64,000 bases of DNA, taken from assembly GCA_035221665.1 (NCBI GenBank), contig CM069160.1, forward strand, positions 34,348,001 to 34,412,000, given 5' to 3'. The DNA comes from Okamejei kenojei (Eukaryota). How positions within the stretch are numbered: the stretch's first letter is position 1; each line of letters starts with the position of its first letter. The notes beneath the pieces are model-generated. The model ran no database searches, was not told the origin of the DNA, and saw only the letters and a list, made by a program, of their open reading frames with translations. This document shows positions 50,001 through 61,634 of the stretch, piece after piece. The position numbers and the translations under genes are program-made.

Positions 50001-53000
50001 AGACACCACGTTGAATATTGGGGAAATTGGGGAAATTAATCCTCTACAACCAATCTTGCTTTTGCATATTTCCACAATCTACCCACATACCTGTCTTTAG
50101 CGACTTCTCTACGTTGTAACCTCATCATCCTACTGCACGTTTCTTATTCCTGACTTCCACCCATATTGCCTCAGTAGACGAATTCTCCAGTTTGTCCTCA
50201 TTAAGAAACTCAGTGAAATTCTTCTGATCAGTAATGAACACACCCACCTCTTTTACATCTATCTCTATCATATACAAATCTGAAACCTGGAATGATGAAT
50301 TGCAGTCCTGCCCTTATTTCTCCACCAAACCTCGAACAAGTGTCTGACATGGCCACAATCTCATGGTTCATGCACTAAGTTCACCTGCCTTACTATATTA
50401 TCTTTAACAAAATAAATAAACCAGCATTCAGCCCCGCCGTGTTCATTAACTGGGCCCTGCCCGATTTTACTTCCTGACTTACTTCACCGAACCTCCACAT
50501 TCCTCTCAATCCCTCATTTTGCAGATCTGCTGCTCTGTTTCCCACCCCCTGTCACGCGGGATTAATCCTTCCCAAGTAACACCAGCAAATCTCCTCACAA
50601 GACAACTCCTTCACCCAGGAATCAACGGAAAGAATATTCATCGTGTCAACTCCATGGCGAGTACACGTTTCCTTCAGCAAGGAGAGAATGTCCGTACACA
50701 GTGCGCCAGGTGAGGTCTCAACAACATGCAGTGCAACTGTGATGAGGCTTACCAACATCCATTCTCCATTATCCTCAATTAAAAACAGCGGGACAGATGT
50801 GATGGAACTGCAGTTAAACATATTCCCATGGCTGCCCTCCATTTACTCAAGTTACTTCTCATATAAACATTGCAACAGCAGCATGTTCTTAATTATAGAC
50901 AATAGACAATAGTTGCAGGAGTAAGCCATTCGGCCCTTCCAGCCAGCACCACCATTAAATGTGACCATGGCTAATCATCCACAATCAGTACCCCCCGTTC
51001 CTACCTTCTCCCCACATCCTTTGACTCCGCTATCTTTCAGAGCCCTATCAAGCTCTATTTTGAAAGTATCCAGAGAACCGGACTCCACCGTCCTCCTGAG
51101 ACAGAATTCCATAGACTCACAACTCTCTGGTGAAAAAAGTTATCTCATCTCCGTTCTAAATGGCTTACCCCTTATTCTTCAACGTGGCCTCTGGTTCTGG
51201 ACTCCCCCAACATGGGGAAACATGTTTCCTGCCTCTAGCGTGTCCAAACTCTTAATAATCTTATATGTTTCAATAAGATCCCCTCTCAACCTTCTAAACC
51301 AGAGTATACAAGCCCAGCCGCTCCATTCTCTCAGCATATGACAGTCCCGCCATCCCGGGAATTAACCTTGTGAATCTACGCTGCACTCCCTCAATAACAA
51401 GAAAGTCCTTCCTCAAATTAAGGTACCAAAACTGCACACTATACTCCAGGGTGGTCTCACTAGGGCACTAAAGCACCTGCAGAAGAATATCTTTGATCCT
51501 ATACTCAACTCTTCTTCTTATTAAGACCAACATGCCATTCACTTCTTCACTGTCTGATGTGCCTGCATGCTTATTTTCATTAACTGATGGACAAGGAATC
51601 CCAGATTCCAGATTCCAACTCCATCCGGCACTCAAATACACTTGGACCATTCCGACATTTCCTACCATTCCTTGACCTCATCATCTATATTGCAGGTCAT
51701 TACACTCCTGACCGACATTCACTACAAACCCACTGACACCCACAGCTACCTGGACTACTCTTCCTCCCACCCTGCTTCCTGTAAGGACTCCATCCCCTAT
51801 TCCCAATTCCTTCGTCGACGCCGCATCTGCTCCCAGGATGAAGTGTTTCACACCAGGTCATCACAAATGGCCTCATTCTTCAGAGAACGGGGATTCCCCT
51901 CCCCCACTATTGATGAGGCTCGCACCAGGGTCTCCTCCATACCCCGCAACACTGCCCTCTCTCCTCATTCCCCCACTCGCAAACAGGGCAGAGTCCCCCT
52001 GGTCCTCACCTTTCACCCCACCAGCCGGCAAATACAACAGATAGTCCTCCGCCAGTTTCGCCACCTCCAACGTGACCCCTCCACCCGCCACATCTTCCCA
52101 TCTCCCCCCCTGTCTGCCTTCCGCAAAGACCGCTCCCTCCGCGACTCCCTTGTCAATTCTTTCCTCCCCTCCCGCTCTACTCCTTCCCCGGGCACTTGCC
52201 CTTGCAACCACAAGAAATGCAACACTTGTCCCTTCACCTCCCCCTTCCACTCCTTTCAGGGACCCAAGCAGTCCTTCCAGGTCCGACAGAGGTTCACCTG
52301 CAACTCCTCCAACCTCATCTACTGCATCCGCTGCTCCAGATGCCAGATGATCTATATCGGTGAGACCAAGCAGAGGCTTGGCGATCGTTTCGCCGAACAC
52401 CTCCGCTCGGTCCGCAAAAACCAATCCGACCTCCCGGTCGCTCAGCACTTCAACTACCCCTCCCATTCCGTATCCGACCGCTCGGTCCTGGGCCTCCTCA
52501 ATGACCAGAGTGAGCAACACCGCAAGTTGGAGGAACAGCACCTCATATTCCGCTTGGGGAGTCTGCATCCTTTGGGCTTGAACATTGAATTTTCTCAATT
52601 CTGTTAACCCCTGCTGTCTCCTCCCCTTCCCACCTCTCCCTCAGCCCTCGGGCCCTGGCATTCCCTCTATCTCTATCAACCTCCCCCACCCTAGTCGCAC
52701 TAGCTTCTCATTTTCACACCACAAACAGCTTACAATGGCTTGTTCCCTTTATCATCGATACTTTTTTGCATATCTTTCATTCATTGTTCTTTATCTCTCC
52801 ACATCACCATCTATATCTCTCGTTTCCCTGATCCCTGACCAGTCTGAAGAAGGATCTCGACCCGAAACGTCGCCTATCTCCTTCGCTCCTTAGATGCTGC
52901 TGCACCCGCTGAGTTTCTTTTCTCCAGCTTTTTGTGTAATCCCAGATCCCATTGTGCTTCCCCTTTTCCCAACTTGACACCATTAGATAATACTCAGCCT

Positions 53001-56000
53001 TCCTGTTTTTGCTACCAAAGTAGATAACTTCACCTTTATCCACATTAAACTGCATCTTCCATGCATCTGCCCACTCACCCAACCTGTCCAAACCACCCTG
53101 CATTCTCGTAGCATTCTCCTCACAGTTCACCCTACCACACAGCTTTGCGTCATCTGCAAATGTTCAAACATTGCTTTGAATCCCTTCATCCAAATCATTG
53201 ATGTATATTGTTAATAGCTGCGGTCCCAGCACCGAGCCTTGCGGTACCCCACTAGTCACTGCCTGACATTCTGAAAGGGACCCGTTAATCTCTACTCTTT
53301 GTTTCCTGTCTGCCAACCAATTTTCTATCCATGTAGAGCACTCTACCCCCAATACCATGTGCCCAATTTTGCCCTCTAATATCCCATGTGGGACATTATC
53401 AAATGATTTCTGAAAGCATTTGTAATTATGTAATTATAAATCAACATTGTTGATTGAACGCCCTTAACAAACTGTTATTTTTACATTTATCGTCAACAGT
53501 CGGTGTGTTGCACATGCATTCCACGTGATTCAACTGTTGTGTAACCAGCAACTGTCACTGGATACAATATCCTGATCCTGAGGAATTCACTGTCTCACCC
53601 CTGGGAGCAGAGAAAGTGTAAGACTATTGAAATATTGAGAATATTGTACTAACAGTACAGCAATTCCATCTTTAAACCATGATGTAAACGGACTCCAGAC
53701 TCAGTACGTCATTCAAATACATCTTCAATCAGCACTGAAACTTAACAGCATAGAGGATGATTAGTTGTCAGTACATCCTGGCTGCTCCAACTGCTCGTGC
53801 TGGAAACAAGTGTTAATATAAGTATTACAGTGGGGTGGAGTTAGAGCTTCTAGCTTGTGTGTGATTGGTTAACATGCAACATCAATCTACACATGATAAC
53901 CGATTTATAAAGACAATCGCATTTCTTAAACGTTAATAATGTCTATAATTGTACTTACTCACCTCGAACTCGCAATTGAGCTGGAGAAGCTTCATACTCA
54001 GTTCCCTCTGTAACTGAACATGTATATTCCCCTTCATCAAACCTTCTTACGTTCTTTATTCTGAGGGAAATGTTCCCTTTGGCCACTTCATCTTTAAACA
54101 GTTCGGCCCTTGCTCTGTAATCCTGGTGTTGAGCGAGGGTGTCACTGTGTCCATGTCTGTACACGAGGACTGGCGAGGTGAGACCTGACCTCCTCCACTG
54201 CACGACCATGTTGCTGGTCAATATATCTGGGACAAGCTGGCATTCCAACACCACATCTCCGCCTACAGTGGCTACAAAACCATCGCCCGGTACATTTACA
54301 AGAAATTCACCTGCAGGTCAATTCAAATAAGTGTAAACTTTATTCTTTAAAAAATCAATATGGAAAAATAGAAAACAAAATTAATGCTAGTAAAGTTTGC
54401 ATCGTTCTGTGTGCACAGAGACCAATTGCATTTGTTTCATGAGGGCTAGAATACAAAAACAGGGATGTAATGGCTTGGCTCTATAAGGCGCAGGTCTGGC
54501 CGTATTTGGAGTATTATGATATACGACTAGTCATAGCTTCAGACTTAAAGGACATTCATTTAGGAGGGGGTTGAGGATGGATTTCTTAAGCAGAGGGTGG
54601 TGAATGTGTGGAATTCAATTGCCACAGAAGGCTCTGGATGTCAGGTCAAGATATTTTTCAGACAGAGATTCGTGATTAGTACGGGTGTCAGGGGTAATGG
54701 GAAGAAGGCAGGATAATGATCTGATAATATCCGAGGATATTGTGGGAAATTCAAGAGGAAATTGCGGTGAGCCCTGTTTGTAATTTACGAGTCATCCTTA
54801 AAAACAGGAGAGGTGCCGGAAGACTGGAGGATGGCAAACGTTTGTACTATTTTCAAGAAGGGCTGCAGATAAAAATGTTGGGAACTATAGACCGATGAGC
54901 ATAACATCTGTAGAGAGATATGATATACAAGCATTTGGATGGGCCAGGGCTGATTGGGAGAGTTAGCATGGTTTTGTACATGAGAGCACGTCTCACGAAT
55001 CTGGTTGATTTTTTTGATGAGGTGATCAACAGGTTGATGAAGGCAGAGCTCTAGATGTTGTGTACATGGACTTCAATAAGGCGTTCAAGAAGTTCCGCAA
55101 GGTAGGCTGCTTTGAAGGTGAGATAGCATGGGATCCAAGCAGAGAGAGCTGAATAGATATCACATTTAATAGATTTAATTAATTGAAAAGACTGAATAGG
55201 AATCCGAGAGGCAACGTTTTCCACACAAAGTAGGTATGTTACAAAACTTACCTTTAGCGGTGCTGCAGTTCTGTCACTGGCCGTGTGCGCGACTTTGGCG
55301 CCTTTAAGGGGGGGGGGGGGGGGTTAAAATACGGTTTTCCCCCTTGCCATCGGGAATTATAATTTTCTCGGAGTGCGAGCTATTTCTGGAGATTCGTTCC
55401 CACTGCCGGAAGTGATTTTTTTTTTTTTAATCGCCCGACTATTTTCAGCGCTACAGTAAAATAAAAAATTAGCTCCTAATGCCGTGATCGCCGACAACGG
55501 GGACCGATTTTACGTAGGAGACAGGTAAGTGAAAGCTGTTTATTTTTTCACATAAACTTGCTTGTTTAGATGACCTTAATCAATATTTCATGTTGCGAAA
55601 CGGCGATTTATTCCCCATATGAACTGGCAGTGTTTTTCCTGCCGACATAGGGTTTAAATTCACCGCAACCGCAACGTTCCAATCCATCGCGTTCCAGAAA
55701 ATCCCACTCGCAAGCTGTTTAACATGCTCATTAATTTACGGGCATTAAGCACTAAATTCCTTCAATTTGGCCTATAAATTCATAACAATGAGATTTAAAA
55801 ATCATGTTATATTGTGAATTATTGTGTGAGTGTTATTTGGACACTTAGGCTATAAAAAAAGTTAATATTTTCTTAAGAAATGGATAGATGTTTAGATCTA
55901 GTCATTGAATTTGGTAATTAGCTACAATTGGGTAACTGACTAATTATATGCTTTAATTTCAGGTCATCCAAGTAAGATTGTTTCATATTAGTTTCAGAAT

Positions 56001-57016
56001 GCTTCAATCTATAATAACTGAAAATGTATTTTTGTTCTCTTAATTTAAAGAAAGTTATGGGCTTTTGACTGTCCTCGATCACAACTTTTGTGTTAAGTCA
56101 ATGGAAAAGCAATATGGAACAATATGCTAATTTCCGAATATGAAAATGGCCATAACCTTTTTTAATACTGAAGATATGAAAGTGAATTACGTGTCACATT
56201 AAACTTCTTTTTATGCTTTATCTGATGGGATAAATTGCAGACTTGATTTTTTTTAAATCTCATAATGTTGTAACATTAGGGTGCTGGGTGTATGGAACAA
56301 GGTGCAGAGGAGGTTGTTGAAGCTGGGACTATCCCATCGTTTAACAAGTACATGGATAGGACAGGTTTAGAGGGATATGGACCAAGCGCAGACAGGTGGG
56401 ACTAGTGCCGCGGGGAAATTGTTGGCCGGTGTGGGTGAGTTGGGCAGTGGGGGCTGTTTCCACACTGTATCACTCTATGACTCTAATGGGGTTAGGGAGG
56501 GAGAGATAGATCAGCCATGATTGAATGGCGGAATAGAATTGATGGGCGGAATGACATTCATCTGCTCCTATCACTTATGATGTTATAATCCAGGGATGAA
56601 AACAGGATATAAACATGTTCACAGGCAGTTCAGGATTATATTTTGATATAACGTTGGAGTCTTAACACCAATCCCCGTGGGACACAACTCCTTACATCTT
56701 GCCACCCAGAGAGCAAAAGGATCAGCACCCACTCTCTGTTTCCCGCTGTCCTGATTATCCACGAAAATGAAGTTGCCTCCTCCTCCTGCAGGTCCCATCA
56801 TCGCCCACAGAGGGTGGAAGAACCTCCTTACTGATCTATTAAGTGATGTGGACAACTGCATTCAAATGAGCGATTTTAAAATATGAATCTTCTGACTCCA
56901 TGAAGCCCCCTCCATGAGATAAATAAATAGAAATCAGACCAGATGGTGTGGTCATTACCGTGGACTGAGCTGAGGATCCCGTGCAGTAACAACACAGCGC
57001 AGTGAACCACTCCCAT
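39830..57016 (-). CDS. Butyrophilin-like gene 1 (leader-IgV-IgC-TM-short cytoplasmic exons-B30.2); 3' exons carry indels (pseudogene or assembly error)
   Basis: Exons: leader 56959-57016 ([19 protein letters not shown]), IgV 53963-54310, IgC 48497-48777, TM 45999-46121, small exons 45003-45039 ([12 protein letters not shown]) and 42025-42050 (EWKRLRSHQ), B30.2 ~39830-40364. All have AG/GT boundaries. Confidence 0.85.
41740..42490. repeat. (CA)n, (TG)n and (TC)n simple repeats around the small BTN exons
   Basis: Direct inspection. Confidence 0.9.
42490..43262 (-). mobile_element. 5'-truncated Tx1-clade LINE embedded in a (TC)n/(GA)n microsatellite
   Basis: Minus-strand [20 protein letters not shown]..; AATAAA and A-tail at ~42490-42520; (TC)n on both flanks. 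Confidence 0.75.
43587..44260 (+). mobile_element. CR1 RT fragment
   Basis: [25 protein letters not shown]; LQQDLD. Confidence 0.85.
44290..44575. repeat. ~40-bp minisatellite (CTACATCTACAATGGTGGGGAGTGTG..GGGACTGGG)n
   Basis: About 7 degenerate units. Confidence 0.75.
44700..44955 (-). mobile_element. tRNA-derived V-SINE-like element
   Basis: B box GGTTCGACCC and V-domain core GGAGTTTGCATGTTCTCC..TCCGGTTTCCTCCCACA. Confidence 0.8.
48497..48777 (-). CDS. Butyrophilin-like IgC exon (frameshifted)
   Basis: [64 protein letters not shown] read across indels. Confidence 0.85.
49520..49740 (+). repeat. Penelope-derived short element with a degenerate hammerhead and a triplicated ~60-bp unit; relatives at 26860-26900, 41475-41585 and 47025-47180
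   Basis: CTGAAG..TCTCGACCCGAAACGTC followed by 3x CATTCCTTCTCTCCAGAGATGCTGCC..GAGTTACTCCAGCA. Confidence 0.7.
51607..52938 (+). mobile_element. 5'-truncated Penelope-like element (RT C-terminus + GIY-YIG endonuclease + 3' UTR)
   Basis: ORF 51642-52607: [23 protein letters not shown]; [26 protein letters not shown]. Candidate TSD AATCCCAGAT at 51597-51606 / 52939-52948. Confidence 0.92.
52838..52876 (+). ncRNA. Minimal type I hammerhead ribozyme of the Penelope 3' UTR
   Basis: CUGAAGA (52844-52850), stem II GGAUC-UC-GACCC (one mismatch), GAAA (52864-52867), palindromic ACGU stem III, GUC triplet ending at 52871. Confidence 0.75.
53963..54310 (-). CDS. Butyrophilin-like IgV exon (348 bp, phase 1-1, intact)
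   Basis: [65 protein letters not shown]; cag| and |gtgagt boundaries. Confidence 0.93.
54420..56590 (+). mobile_element. Rearranged CR1 fragments, interrupted by the 55236-56276 element
   Basis: [12 protein letters not shown]; GNYRP; [17 protein letters not shown]; CR1 3' UTR pieces. Confidence 0.75.
55236..56276. mobile_element. ~1.04 kb non-coding element with 9-bp terminal inverted repeats (MITE-like)
   Basis: ATGTTACAA...TTGTAACAT; flanks TAGGT / TAGGG; interrupts a CR1 3' region; second copy at 25846-26650. Confidence 0.75.
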
Positions 57017-57151
57017 CCCAGTGGAGGGGTCAGTGCCTGAGGGAGAGAGAGAGAGAAGTGTTAGACCCGTGATGGGCGGGAAGCTGTGACCCCCCCCCTC
57101 CCCCTCCGTCCCCGCTGCCGGTGTCCACCACCCCCACTCACTGTTGACCAG

Positions 57152-57247
57152 GGGGTGAAAGGTCACACCTTGTGCGGGGTGAAAGGTCACACCTTGTGCG
57201 GGGTGAAAGGTCACACCTTGTGCGGGGTGAAAGGTCACACCTTGTGC
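57152..57247. repeat. Perfect 24-bp tandem repeat x4 (GGGGTGAAAGGTCACACCTTGTGC)
   Basis: Direct inspection. Confidence 0.95.
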
Positions 57248-57554
57248 GGGGTGGCCGAGGGTACCGGTGGCCAAAGGACTCCAGGCTCCGCACCGAGACC
57301 CCGCCTCCCTTTACAATCTGCTCCTTGAGTCTCCTGTCACAGGGGCCGGGTCCGGGACGAATCTTCTCCCGGGAATTTCTTCAGTCACCCATCATCAAAC
57401 CTGTCAAAGGACAGAAAATGATTCTGAAGACAAAAGATGTGGAACAATACAAATAATCAGGGGTGAGGTTATATTGTCCAGTGGAATAAAGAGTGAACGA
57501 TGCTCCCAGGTGTCTGCTCTCTCATTTGTTCTTGTTTCTCTCGCGATGACCAGA

Positions 57555-57790
57555 GATCACCCTGTACACCAGCACGATCCGGCACTCGAGGGACAATTTA
57601 CAAATTTACCCGACGCCAGTTATCTACAAACCTGCCCGTCTTTGGATTGTGGGAGAAAACTGGAATAAAACCCACGCGTCGCGGGGAGAACGTACAAACT
57701 CCGTAGAAACAACACCCGTAGTCAGGATCGAACCCGGGTCTCGGGCGCTGTGAGGCAGCAACTCTACCGCTGCGCCACCTTGCCGGCCAC
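57555..57790 (-). mobile_element. tRNA-derived V-SINE-like element
   Basis: A box GGTGGCGCAGCGGTAGAG, B box GGTTCGATCC, V-domain core. Confidence 0.85.
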
Positions 57791-58226
57791 GGGGAGGCTG
57801 GGGTTGTACTGGGAGCCGGGGAAGGTGTGTGTGTGTATGTGGGGGGGGGGGGGGGGGGGGGTGAATGGAGGGGCTCGGAATTGGGACGGGTTGGCCCGAT
57901 AAAGGATGGGGAAAGTGGGCCCTGTGGCCGGAGGGCCGTGAGTGGAGGACTCGTTCTGAGGTTATGGGTGAAAGAAGCGGAGGGAATGAGCGGAATTACA
58001 TCTCCAGGGCTGACCATCCCAACACACGCCTGGCCGCAGTGGGCAGTGTGTGGTCAACGCGGAATACCCTCTGGTCCAGGTGGTCGCCTCCCCTGTTCCA
58101 TTGTACGTTCCAGGGTTGAGTAGTTGAGCCCTGATTATACAGAAGGACATTTGTTGCCCTTGTTCACCCACTGGTAGAGGGTTTAGTAACGGACCAGCAA
58201 AGCGCCACCGATCTGGAGCAGCTCAC

Positions 58227-58407
58227 CTTCAGTCGACCTGTCATTCCTGAAACAGTGAACGTTTTCAGCAGCCGATGTGGAAATGCTCACATATTATGGG
58301 GAGAAGGTGGGAGATCAGCGGTCAGATTCCCAGTGTGACGCGAGTCCCAGACATTATCTACTTTGGGGATGGTTCGACTCTCAGCGGGGATCGGCTGCTG
58401 GAGAAAG
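58227..58407. promoter_or_regulatory. Candidate shared bidirectional promoter / 5' non-coding exons of the two BTN-like genes
   Basis: Outward-facing AAG|GTGAGC donors at 58227 (minus) and 58407 (plus). Both leader exons are preceded by splice acceptors. Confidence 0.45.
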
Positions 58408-58559
58408 GTGAGCGGAGTTAAACAGTAACCAACTGGAGAGATCGGTCCGTGAGAGATTGGGAGTTCCAGAAAATGTCTCTGAGCAGCTCACTGCGCTTGT
58501 CCTTATCAGTGCCAGGGAGTGGCGGGGAACGGATATTTTAGACCGTGAACTCTCAGATC

Positions 58560-59000
58560 AAACACAGCAACCCGCTGTATTCCATGTTCCACTTCTTTGC
58601 CCACTCTCCCAACCTGTCCACGCCATTCTGCAGCCTCCATGCTTCCTCTGCACAACAGGCCCCTCCACCTATTTTCATACCGTCTGCAAATGTGTCCACA
58701 AAGCCACCAATTCTCCCATCCAGCCCATTAACCCATGAGGTGCAAAGTAGCGGCCCCTACACCGACCCCCGTGGAACACCACTAGTCACCGGCAGCCAAC
58801 CAGAAATGTCCCCCTTTATTCTTACTCGTTGCTTCTGCCCGTCAACCACTCTACTATCCATGCTGGAACCTTGCTTCAGATACCAGGAGCTCCAATCCTG
58901 TTTAGCAGCCTCGCCTGTGGCACCTTATCAAAATCCTGCTGATAATCCAAGTAAACAACATCGTCACTGCTTCTTCTTGTCGACTCTCCTGTTTTGGTGA
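58560..59000 (-). mobile_element. CR1 RT fragment
   Basis: DVVYLDYQQDFDKVP; VTSGVPRGSV. Confidence 0.75.
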
Positions 59001-59039
59001 TTCTGAGTGAAAGATACAAAAAAGTATCGGTGAACGCAC

Positions 59040-59625
59040 CATGAGACCAGGGCCCGACAGGGAGAGGTGGGAGAGGAGACAGCAAGGTTAAACAGAATTG
59101 AGAAAATCCCCCCAAAAAATGCATTGCGGTGTTGCTCAATACACAGGGAGGGGGAGTTGAAGTGCTGAGCCACCGGAGGTCGGTTGTTATTGCACACATC
59201 TTCATATTGTTCTAATGTCACATTGCTCAGTTAAGGTTGTGCAGTCTGCCAAGGGATTCAGTTAAGGGGAAACAAGAAGAAAAGTCCTTTGCTCCATGCC
59301 CAGAAATATCCCTACCTTCGCCGAACACCTTCGCAATAACCAACCCGACCCTCCCGTTCAGCACTTCAATCCCCCTCCATATCCACATCCGGTTGTTCTC
59401 CTTCCACGTGAGCACACCGCAAGCTGGAGGAACAGCACCTCATATTCCGGCACTGCCCTTTGGCCAAATTCAACCTGTCCTTCGATTTTAACCTTAGTCG
59501 CAACAGCTTCTCAAAAGCTTACAATGGCTTGTTCCATTGGACTACCTTTTCTCTCACCGATCATCTGAGACCCGAAACGTTTGGATGCTCCCCCCGCTGA
59601 GTTTCTCCATTTTGTGTACCCTCGA
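59040..59625. mobile_element. Penelope 3' fragments in inverted arrangement (minus ~59040-59200, plus ~59315-59625)
   Basis: PVAQHFNSP on minus; [25 protein letters not shown] on plus; remnant CCCGAAACGT. Confidence 0.7.
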
Positions 59626-60902
59626 TTTAGCCTTCTTTAAAATCTTTAGAATCTTTATCTTTCCCCCTCTTGGATTTCAATAAAAGAGCAAGCAGACTTT
59701 GGACCATCACAGTTCCCAAAAAAGGCGCTGGTTTGTTTTTTTGCTGTTGAGAGGTTTGCATATTTGCGAAGATAATTAGTGTGGAGCATTTGTCCAGTTT
59801 CAAGGCCAAGGAAGGCGTTTGTCCTGGGTGCAGATGTCAGGTTATAGCAGCCAGAGAAAGGACTGGTATACATCATGAAATTGATCCAGAAACTCAGGAG
59901 GGACTGAACCAGTGGCCCAGCGCAGGCGGTCTCAAACAGCAATCCATCCGGTATCACACCACAAACCTTTTCTGTAACAGGTGAATCGTCTTTTCTTCAG
60001 CCGTTTATTCTGTGCGTTTCAATATCCCCAACTTTTACCAACAGTGACCAAATTGTCTGCATGTTCTTTTTCAAATAATTTTCTTCCTAATCTTGGAATG
60101 TTAAATTAAATCAACGCCGCCACTTTCAAAAGAAAAGCAACTTGGACATCTCTTTGCGGTGAGAAATCTTAACAATATTGTTTTTGTTTTTCTGTTTCTT
60201 CTAAAGGACACTAATTTATTCCGTATGTTCCGGTTAACGGGGTGCATCTTTGCTCCACGGTCTGGATAGCCTCGCGGGGTTCATCTCATGTCCCCATGTG
60301 AATGTACGCTGTATCTTGACTTCTTACTGTAGCCCAGCACAATGATTAATTCGTGGCGTTGGCCACAGCAATCTTCCTGCCTCTCTCCTCGTCTCCGTTT
60401 CTCTGCAGCGGAGGCTCAGTTGCACAATAGAACATAGAACACAGAACAACACAGGGACGTGACCCTCGGCCCACAATGTGTGTGCCGAAACACGATGCGG
60501 CGACCAATGCTTAACTGCTGTCACACAATCCACCTCTCTCCATTCCCTGCATTAACGTTGTGTAATATTCTGAATTTTCTGAAACTGAAGAGTAGTTTGC
60601 AAACTGCATTAGCGTTTAAATGATAGTATTTTGCAAAAAAAACAAACATAAAACACGCAGGAGGAAATTCTAGTAAAAACGACCGGCCTTGAACGTTTGC
60701 ATATTGTTGGACACACGCCTTCTGTATTTGTCTGAAGTTATACCCGGTGGCGTTTTGCCAATAATTTATTTTATATTACCTGTTAATATGGAATTCGTAG
60801 AATTAGTTCATGGACTTATTTTCAGTGCGGTAGTGCTTCCCCTTGAAACACAATCTCGATGTTCTGCTTCCAGGTGAAACCAAGGAAGGATTTCTTTCAA
60901 CG

Positions 60903-61501
60903 ATGAAGGGAGCAGGCTGTATCTTCGTGCTGCTGCTTGTTCATGCGGTGACCATGGGTAGGTAATGGGGCCATCGACGCGACTATCACACACACCTTGC
61001 CGTGAATATTGTGCTAGTCCCACCGCCTTTGCCGATCTATTGGATGATTTCCGACGTACCTGCTTTTTGCTTAACTGCCATCCTAACCCCCGAAATGTAC
61101 ACAACTCGCCAATGTAAAAAGCTGAAGTTAAAATGTTGTATTTTTCCAGAGCAATTTCCTTGTGATTGTACCGGACTATCCGGTGGTGGTCATGGTGGGT
61201 GAAGATGCCGTGTTTGGAATGTCAGATGGTACCAGGATACATCACTGGACGCCTCTGGAGGTCCGATGTTTTACAACGAGCCCGGGGTCACCGCTACATT
61301 TATACACCGGCGGCCAGGTCCGAGCTGAGGTGCAGGACGGGGCTTATCGAGGGAGGACGGAACTCTTTCGGGAAGAGTTTCCCCGTGGAAACGCCTCGCT
61401 TAAACTGAAGAGCGTCAAATTATCAGATGCTGGAATGTACACGTGTTCCATCAGCACCCCCACGTCCCGTCTGCAGGAGGCGCTGCGGCTTCAGGTTGAA
61501 G
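60903..61501 (+). CDS. Butyrophilin-like gene 2: leader exon (60903-60957) and IgV exon (61150-61501); remaining exons not found in the window
   Basis: MKGAGCIFVLLLVHAVTM|gtaggt; VIVPDYPVVVMVGEDAV..EC..LEVRC..AYRGRTELFREEFPRGNASLKLKSVKLSDAGMYTC..LQVE|gtgagt; small indels in the IgV exon. Confidence 0.88.
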
Positions 61502-61634
61502 GTGAGTCCCTCTGGAGGCACAGAGTTTACACCAGGGTTTACACCGGGAATGTCAGTTAGAAGCCTCTGAGACTGGAAAGTAGGAATTCACTGGGAAGGT
61601 CAAGGGTTACTGACAATGCAGACCGCTGCCTCGG

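Larger units (their letters stand above)
50895..53415 (-). mobile_element. CR1 LINE 3' part interrupted by a Penelope element
   Basis: [22 protein letters not shown]; W.MQFNVDK; (TATTGTC)n tail at ~50895-50912. Confidence 0.85.

Noticed and set aside
50552-50842. 96-aa minus-strand ORF as the BTN IgC exon
   Set aside because: Lacks Ig motifs and resembles decayed CR1; the real IgC exon is at 48497-48777.
51873-52598. 241-aa antisense ORF
   Set aside because: Shadow of the C-rich Penelope ORF on the opposite strand.
57152-57247. CRISPR-like array (also the minisatellites at 29260, 31930 and 44290)
   Set aside because: Head-to-tail repeats without unique spacers, in eukaryotic DNA with no cas genes.
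57700-57790. tRNA gene
   Set aside because: The A and B boxes are followed by a V-SINE core; this is a SINE head, not a cloverleaf tRNA.
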